This document shows positions 60,789-64,000 of a stretch of 64,000 nt of DNA, piece by piece (the stretch's first letter is position 1; each line of letters starts with the position of its first letter). This DNA comes from Terriglobia bacterium (GTDB lineage: Bacteria; Acidobacteriota; Terriglobia; 20CM-2-55-15): contig CBDCLE010000003.1 in NCBI GenBank assembly GCA_965218585.1, forward strand, positions 192,001 through 256,000, given 5' to 3'. The position numbers and the translations under genes are program-made. The notes under the pieces were generated by a model. The model was not told where the DNA came from and made no database searches. It saw only the letters and a program-made list of their open reading frames with translations.

Positions 60789-61562
60789 TCATAATTTGTC
60801 AGGATATTTTCCCCTCGCGACATTCCAGCGTATGCGGGCCAGGTCGAGGAACATCTCGAGACCGTCACTGAGAAACCGAACCTTCGAGCCCGAGTCGTGT
60901 CTCCAGACAACCGGCACTTCGCGGATCCGAAGCCCCCTGCGTTTTGCTAGAAACAGGATCTCGGGATCGAACCCAAAACCGTAAATGGTCTGACTCTCAA
61001 AGATCGGAATGACTTTTTCCCGGCGAAACAGTTTGAAACCGCACTGGGTATCCTGGATCGAGAGCCCAAGAATCAGACGAACTGTCCAGTTGTAGAAGAT
61101 GCCACCCAATTCCCGGAACCGGGATTGGTGAACGGCGATCTTCGTCCGGTCGACGGCCCGGGATCCGATGATGATATCAGCGCCCTCTTCCCCAACTTCC
61201 AGAAGCCGATCCAGTTCTTCGATCGGCGCCGACAGGTCCGCGTCAGTAAATAGGACCCAGGATCCTTTGGCCTCCAGAACGCCTCGTCGCACGCTGTATC
61301 CTTTGCCGCGATTGGAGTCGTTTTGAAAGACTCTGAGAGGAAAAGAGGCGGCAATTCCAGAAGTGTCGTCGATCGATCCGTCGTCGACGAGAATGACTTC
61401 CGCCTCGATCTGTTGGTCCTTGACGAAACGCAAAATTTCCTCGAGTGAAGGACCGATGCGAAGCGCTTCGTTGTACGCCGGAACGATTATTGAAATAGTT
61501 GGAATGGAAGGACTTAGCTGGTCACCGACCGGGGCCTGGAGCCCGGTTTTGGATGTCTCCAT
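60789..61562 (-). CDS. GT2 glycosyltransferase (polyprenol-phosphate glucosyltransferase-like)
   Basis: IVPAYNE, VDDGS, NRGKG, FTDAD, DTQCGFK, FDPE. Confidence 0.92.
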   Translation of the reverse strand: METSKTGLQAPVGDQLSPSIPTISIIVPAYNEALRIGPSLEEILRFVKDQQIEAEVILVDDGSIDDTSGIAASFPLRVFQNDSNRGKGYSVRRGVLEAKGSWVLFTDADLSAPIEELDRLLEVGEEGADIIIGSRAVDRTKIAVHQSRFRELGGIFYNWTVRLILGLSIQDTQCGFKLFRREKVIPIFESQTIYGFGFDPEILFLAKRRGLRIREVPVVWRHDSGSKVRFLSDGLEMFLDLARIRWNVARGKYPDKL

Positions 61563-61654
61563 CGAGGGCGTATTGTATCATACCGCTTTGTCGCGACGCG
61601 GACCGCTGACCGAGCGGATGCCCCCGGGCAACCTTCCTCTCGAACGGCTTCCAT

Positions 61655-61694
61655 TTAATCAAAGGTTCTACCTCTTAATCAAAGGTTCTACCTC
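61655..61694. repeat. Perfect 20-bp tandem duplication
   Basis: TTAATCAAAGGTTCTACCTC x2, ending 4 bp before the hemE ATG. Confidence 0.95.
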
Positions 61695-61698
61695 AACC

Positions 61699-62718
61699 AT
61701 GAACGATCTGATCATCCGTGCCTGTAGACGAGAGAGTGTGCCCCGAACGCCCGTTTGGATGATGCGGCAGGCAGGCCGCTACCTGAAGGACTATCGGGAT
61801 ATCCGAAAAGACGTTTCGTTTCTCGACCTGTGTAAGACGCCCGAACTGGCTGTAGAGGTTTCGATGCAACCGCAGCGAATCCTCGGTGTCGACGCCGTCA
61901 TATTTTTCTCCGACATCCTGATCCCTGCTGAAGCGATGGGCGTCTCCGTAGCCCTTACCGACAAGGGGCCGGAGATTGGCAATCCTGTCCGTTCTTCCGA
62001 CGACATCGATCGCCTGAAGATTCCTGATCCCGCCGAGGCGTTTCCGTTCACCGGAAAAGTGCTCCAGACGCTTCGAAACGAATTGAGGGATGTGGTCCCT
62101 CTGATCGGTTTTGCTGGCGCTCCCTGGACGCTTGGTTCCTACATGGTCGAAGGTGGTGGTTCGAAGAATTTTGCCGAGATCAAAGGAATGGCATATCGGG
62201 AGCCCCGGCTTGTTCACCGTTTGATGGACAAACTGGCCGACACGATCGCGACATACCTGCGATATCAGATCGAATCCGGGGCCCAAATGGTCCAGCTTTT
62301 TGATACCTGGGCGGGAGAACTCAACAGGGACGACTACGAAGAATTCGCCTTGCCGTATACGCGAAAGATCTTTGAAGCGATCGGCGATGAAGTGCCGCGC
62401 ATTCTTTATCTGAACGGGACGTCTGCTCTCCTCGAGTCTATGGCACGTTCGGGGGCAGATGTCCTGAGCCTGGATTGGCGGATTTCGATAGAGGACGCAC
62501 GGCGGAGGATTGGAGACGATCTCGCTTTGCAGGGCAATCTGGACCCATGCCTCCTACTGGGAGACCGTGAGACGATGCTGGCACGGACGAAGAAGATTCT
62601 GGAGGAGGCTGGCCCGAGAGGGCACGTTCTCAATCTCGGCCACGGCATCCTTCCGCCGACCCCGGTAGAAAACGCCCAGGCGTTCATCGATTTCGCAAAG
62701 AGTTACAGTCACGATTAG
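61699..62718 (+). CDS. hemE: Uroporphyrinogen decarboxylase
   Basis: PVWMMRQAGRY, FSDIL, IGFAGAPWTL, QGNLDP, NLGHGI. Confidence 0.97.
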   Translation: MNDLIIRACRRESVPRTPVWMMRQAGRYLKDYRDIRKDVSFLDLCKTPELAVEVSMQPQRILGVDAVIFFSDILIPAEAMGVSVALTDKGPEIGNPVRSSDDIDRLKIPDPAEAFPFTGKVLQTLRNELRDVVPLIGFAGAPWTLGSYMVEGGGSKNFAEIKGMAYREPRLVHRLMDKLADTIATYLRYQIESGAQMVQLFDTWAGELNRDDYEEFALPYTRKIFEAIGDEVPRILYLNGTSALLESMARSGADVLSLDWRISIEDARRRIGDDLALQGNLDPCLLLGDRETMLARTKKILEEAGPRGHVLNLGHGILPPTPVENAQAFIDFAKSYSHD

Positions 62719-62744
62719 AAGTGGCGAGTTGAAGGAATTCGAAC

Positions 62745-62833
62745 CTTTAACACGAAGACACGAAGCAAATAAGTTTAAGATTTCTCAAGCAAATCCCTGT
62801 CTTCGTGATTCTTCGTGGACTTCGTGTTGAAAG
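62745..62833. repeat. Periodic short-unit inverted repeat element (CACGAAG/CTTCGTG)
   Basis: ACACGAAG x2 on the left, CTTCGTG x3 on the right, AT-rich spacer. Confidence 0.75.
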
Positions 62834-62940
62834 TTTTTAACCGGACCGGCGTAGGAGTTCCCGACGAGTCTGAATCGGAGGAGCTGTCAGTGCCCTCGTC
62901 CCGTGGGGTTAACGGGGGACGGTGGGCCCGACGCTAACAA

Positions 62941-63936
62941 ATGAAAACAGGAGTTATCGTTTTTAATCTGGGCGGGCCGCAGTCTCTGGACGAAGTCAAA
63001 CCGTTCCTGTATCAGCTCTTCTCGGATCCCGAGATAGTCCGGATCCGCTCCGATTTCCTCCGTAAGACTCTAGCGTATTCGATCGCGACCTTGCGAAACA
63101 GAGTGTCATCTGGCTATTACCGGAAGATCGGCGGTGGTTCGCCACTTCGCAAGATCACCGAAGAGCAGGCTCAGGCCCTGTCGGATGAACTGCGGTGGGC
63201 AGGGATGGATGTCGATGTTTTTGTCGGGATGTGCGCGTGGCATCCTTTCTTCGACGAAACGCTTGATGCTGTCGAACGGCGGGGCGTCGACCGTCTGGTT
63301 GTACTGCCGCTCTTTCCCCAGTATTCGGTAACGACCACAGGATCCGGTTTCCGTGCGCTCAAACGCATGCTCGCCGAACGGCCGGCTTTATCCGGCAAAG
63401 ACGTTAAGTGGATCGAGTCGTGGCAGAATCACTCCACGTACATCGACGCGTTTACGGAAATGATCCAGAAAGAACTTCAGGAGTTTCCCGATCCTCAAAA
63501 CGTTCAGATCTTGTTCAGCGCTCACAGTATTCCGGAACGTTACGTGCGCGAGGGCGATCCGTATCTGGATCAGACGCGTGAAACAGTTGAACTGATTGCC
63601 GACCGGTTGGGCAGGACGAATCCGTACCGCCTCTCGTTTCAGAGCAAGATCGGGCCGGTGGAATGGCTCGGCCCATCGACCAACGATGTGCTCGTCGAGC
63701 TTGGAAGGCAGGGAGTGGATGAAGTCCTGGTGGTTCCAGTCAGCTTTGTGTCCGAGCACATCGAAACGCTCTACGAACTCGACATTCTTTACAAGAAAGT
63801 GGCTGCGGATGCGGGCATCGAAACCTTTCGGCGAGTTGCCACCATGAACTGTGACCCTACGTTTATCAAGTCGCTCGGAGAGTTGGTTGAATCTGCAGTG
63901 AACAGTGGAGTCCAGGGACGTCTGGACTTCGAGTAA
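62941..63936 (+). CDS. hemH: Ferrochelatase
   Basis: NLGGP, IGGGSPL, PLFPQYS, FSAHSIP, GDPY, FQS, WLGP, FVSEHIETLYELD. Confidence 0.97.
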   Translation: MKTGVIVFNLGGPQSLDEVKPFLYQLFSDPEIVRIRSDFLRKTLAYSIATLRNRVSSGYYRKIGGGSPLRKITEEQAQALSDELRWAGMDVDVFVGMCAWHPFFDETLDAVERRGVDRLVVLPLFPQYSVTTTGSGFRALKRMLAERPALSGKDVKWIESWQNHSTYIDAFTEMIQKELQEFPDPQNVQILFSAHSIPERYVREGDPYLDQTRETVELIADRLGRTNPYRLSFQSKIGPVEWLGPSTNDVLVELGRQGVDEVLVVPVSFVSEHIETLYELDILYKKVAADAGIETFRRVATMNCDPTFIKSLGELVESAVNSGVQGRLDFE

Positions 63937-64000
63937 GCTATCAGCCTCAGACTTGGATTCCCAGCCGAATCGGCTGTGGACATAGCTGAAAATCTAGATA

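Noticed and set aside
61363-61698. 112-aa N-terminal extension of HemE in the ORF track
   Set aside because: It overlaps the divergent glycosyltransferase gene, and HemE similarity starts at MNDL (61699).
1-64000. CRISPR array, tRNA/rRNA, prophage, integron, retron or other defence system
   Set aside because: No regularly spaced 25-45 bp repeats with unique spacers, no tRNA or rRNA signatures, and no integrase, cas, RT or phage genes were recognised by eye. A covariance-model scan was not possible.

Overview
A 64-kb, moderately GC-rich bacterial chromosomal segment. The gene content suggests Acidobacteriota (inference only). Housekeeping genes are rlmN, a purB-purS-purQ-purL-purF-purM-purN-tyrS-pdxJ run, hemE and hemH. 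Between them lies a long accessory block (about 21-60 kb) dominated by exported catabolic enzymes: M28, M14 and S9 peptidases, a sulfatase, a secreted acetamidase/formamidase, two tandem Tat-lipoprotein SelA-like PLP enzymes, a Tat threonine-aldolase-like enzyme, a PQQ dehydrogenase with the lanthanide-type D-x-D motif, and a broken Tat molybdoenzyme. A five-gene hut cluster keeps its HutC-type operator but has no hutC, and it sits between two copies of a duplicated block. An intact IS256 element (8-bp TSD) splits the hicB antitoxin while hicA stays intact. There are many small lesions: four perfect 11-20 bp tandem duplications, homopolymer/dinucleotide frameshifts and gene remnants, which may be real erosion or assembly error. 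Several REP-like and periodic inverted-repeat elements are present. No CRISPR array, tRNA or rRNA was recognised. The best candidates for undescribed biology are the exported PLP-enzyme/amidase/peptidase cluster and the PQQ/Mo-enzyme/YeeE module.
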